Notes under the pieces: generated by a model
What the model was told of the DNA's origin: nothing
Databases searched by the model: none
What the model saw: only the letters and a program-made list of their open reading frames with translations
Translations under genes and position numbers: made by a program
DNA from: Candidatus Micrarchaeia archaeon
Lineage (GTDB): Archaea; Micrarchaeota; Micrarchaeia; Anstonellales; Bilamarchaeaceae
DNA length: 64,000 bases
Direction of reading: 5' to 3'
Assembly: GCA_046331685.1 (NCBI GenBank)
Contig: JAXLQI010000001.1
Span: 192,047 to 256,046, forward strand
Shown here: positions 62,806 to 64,000 of the stretch, one piece after another
Numbering within the stretch: position 1 is the first letter of the stretch
Layout of the letters: the number at the start of each line of letters is the position of its first letter

Positions 62806-63669
62806 TCATATGCTCCTGCCGGTGAGCATCCTGTACGCGAGGATATAGCGCTCGGTTGTCTTCGAGATGACCTCTTCCGGGAGCGGCGGTGGCGGCGGGC
62901 TCTTGTCCCAGCCGGTCGTCTCCAGATAGTTACGGACATACTGCTTGTCAAGGCTCTCCAGGATCCCGGCATCGTATTTCTCCTCGAGCCAGTACCTCGA
63001 CGAATCGGGCGTGAAAGCCTCGTCGATGAGGATCATCCTGCCATTCCGGTCGATGCCGAACTCGAATTTCGTGTCTGCGAGGACGAGCCCGTGCCCGCGC
63101 GCATGGCTTTCGGCGAAATCGTAGAGCTCGATGGATTTCTGCTTGATCGTCTCGTAAATGTCCTTGCCCACGACCGACCTGGCCTGTTCTTCGGTGATGT
63201 TCTCGTCGTGGCCTATCTCGGCCTTGGTGGAGGGGGTGAAGATGGGGTTCGGCAGTTCGCTCCCGTCATGGAGGCCTGCAGGCAGAGGGATGCCGCACAC
63301 GGATCCTTTCTTCTGGTATTCCTTCCACGCGCTTCCTGTGATGTGGCCGCGGACCACGCATTCGAGCGGGAGAGGCTTGCACCTCTCTACGACCATGCTC
63401 CTCCCATTCAGATATGCAGGCAGTCCGGCCGGGAGGGAGAGGCTCACGAAATGGTTCGGCATGACGCCCTTCGACTTCTCGAACCAGAACGCCGAGAGGC
63501 GGTTCAGGACCTCGCCTTTCTTGGGGATCGGCTGGTCGAAGACCACGTCGAAGGCGCTCAGCCGGTCCGTCGCGACCATGAGGAGCTTGTCTCCGAGGAT
63601 GTATGTATCCCTGACTTTCCCTTTCCTGAGCAACGGCAGACCGAGAGCGGTCTCTTTCAACGTGTCCAT
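62806..63669 (-). CDS. purC: Phosphoribosylaminoimidazole-succinocarboxamide synthase
   Basis: ..GKVRDTY..LLMVATDRLSAFD.. and ..LADTKFEFG.. are SAICAR synthetase signatures. Confidence 0.92.
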   Translation of the reverse strand: MDTLKETALGLPLLRKGKVRDTYILGDKLLMVATDRLSAFDVVFDQPIPKKGEVLNRLSAFWFEKSKGVMPNHFVSLSLPAGLPAYLNGRSMVVERCKPLPLECVVRGHITGSAWKEYQKKGSVCGIPLPAGLHDGSELPNPIFTPSTKAEIGHDENITEEQARSVVGKDIYETIKQKSIELYDFAESHARGHGLVLADTKFEFGIDRNGRMILIDEAFTPDSSRYWLEEKYDAGILESLDKQYVRNYLETTGWDKSPPPPPLPEEVISKTTERYILAYRMLTGRSI

Positions 63670-63755
63670 AGGTTCACCTGGAACTGATGTCTATAATCCG
63701 TACTGCGGGGCGGTTTAAATAATTATTGTGATAATAATGATACGTTGATGGCGAT

Positions 63756-64000
63756 ATGAAACAGGATATGAAGCCGCCCCAGGGCGCCGCAGGAGAGAGG
63801 AGAACGGAGAGGTTCCAGGATTCCAAACCTGAGCCCACGAGCCCGGCCCGGCTCCTCTGTTCGGCGATGAGGTGCATCGATTTCCGAAGGTACGACGAGG
63901 CCGAGGAGATACTCCACGACCTCCTTGACGAGAATCCCAGGGACAAGAAAGCCGTCTCGGCCCTGATAGGGCTGTTCTCCCGGACCGGAGAGGTCGATCT
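63756..64000 (+). CDS. Hypothetical protein, N-terminal part (runs off the right edge), possibly TPR-like
   Basis: Hand translation: MKQDMKPPQGAAGERRTERFQDSKPEPTSPARLLCSAMRCIDFRRYDEAEEILHDLLDENPRDKKAVSALIGLFSRTGE.. The A..Y..A...L pattern is TPR-like. Confidence 0.4.
   Translation, partial: MKQDMKPPQGAAGERRTERFQDSKPEPTSPARLLCSAMRCIDFRRYDEAEEILHDLLDENPRDKKAVSALIGLFSRTGEVD

Noticed and set aside
1-64000. Scan for CRISPR arrays, rRNA and tRNA genes
   Set aside because: No run of regularly spaced identical 25-40-nt repeats, and no cloverleaf-like GC-rich segment, was seen in any intergenic gap longer than 80 nt. A tRNA or small RNA could still be missed by eye, so tRNAscan/Infernal should be run.

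Overview
GC-rich, densely coding archaeal chromosomal segment with about 95 protein genes. I recognised no rRNA, tRNA or CRISPR array by eye.

Core content:
- A complete A1Ao ATP synthase operon, atpHIKECFABD (50.9-59.3 kb, minus strand).
- Ribosomal protein eL15 followed by RNase P Rpp30, and Alba.
- Form III RuBisCO.
- Class II HMG-CoA reductase next to a GT4 / nucleotidyltransferase / DUF92 cluster.
- A split SUF Fe-S locus: sufU-sufS-sufC divergent from sufB, then two unknown opposite-strand genes, then sufD.
- purC, a Glu/Leu-type dehydrogenase, an aldehyde dehydrogenase, and a NitT/TauT-type ABC importer.
- A NOP2/Sun methyltransferase, a VapBC-like pair and a PAS histidine kinase.
- Small detox-type proteins (DJ-1/PfpI, two VOC, ABM, SRPBCC) and at least eight lipobox proteins.

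The left ~9 kb looks accessory:
- Tandem unknown paralogs at the window edge.
- A same-strand array of small unknown ORFs built from duplicated modules, one copy frameshifted.
- A conserved 35-nt intergenic motif that brackets a 3-gene cassette.
- An AT-rich stretch with iteron-like 10-mers and decayed multi-frame coding remnants.
- A TspO plus pyrimidine-dimer-glycosylase cassette bracketed by an intact RibD_C/DHFR-like gene and a diverged copy of its 3' end.

Candidates for undescribed biology, in my order of interest:
1. The small-ORF island at 2.2-5.4 kb.
2. The translationally coupled unknown gene pair inside the suf locus (25.5-27.2 kb).
3. The RuBisCO micro-operon with two tiny unknown partners.

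The host guess (euryarchaeal, possibly Thermoplasmata-like because of class II HMGR) is weak. All calls come from reading the ORF translations and the sequence. Start codons are approximate, and no database search was run.
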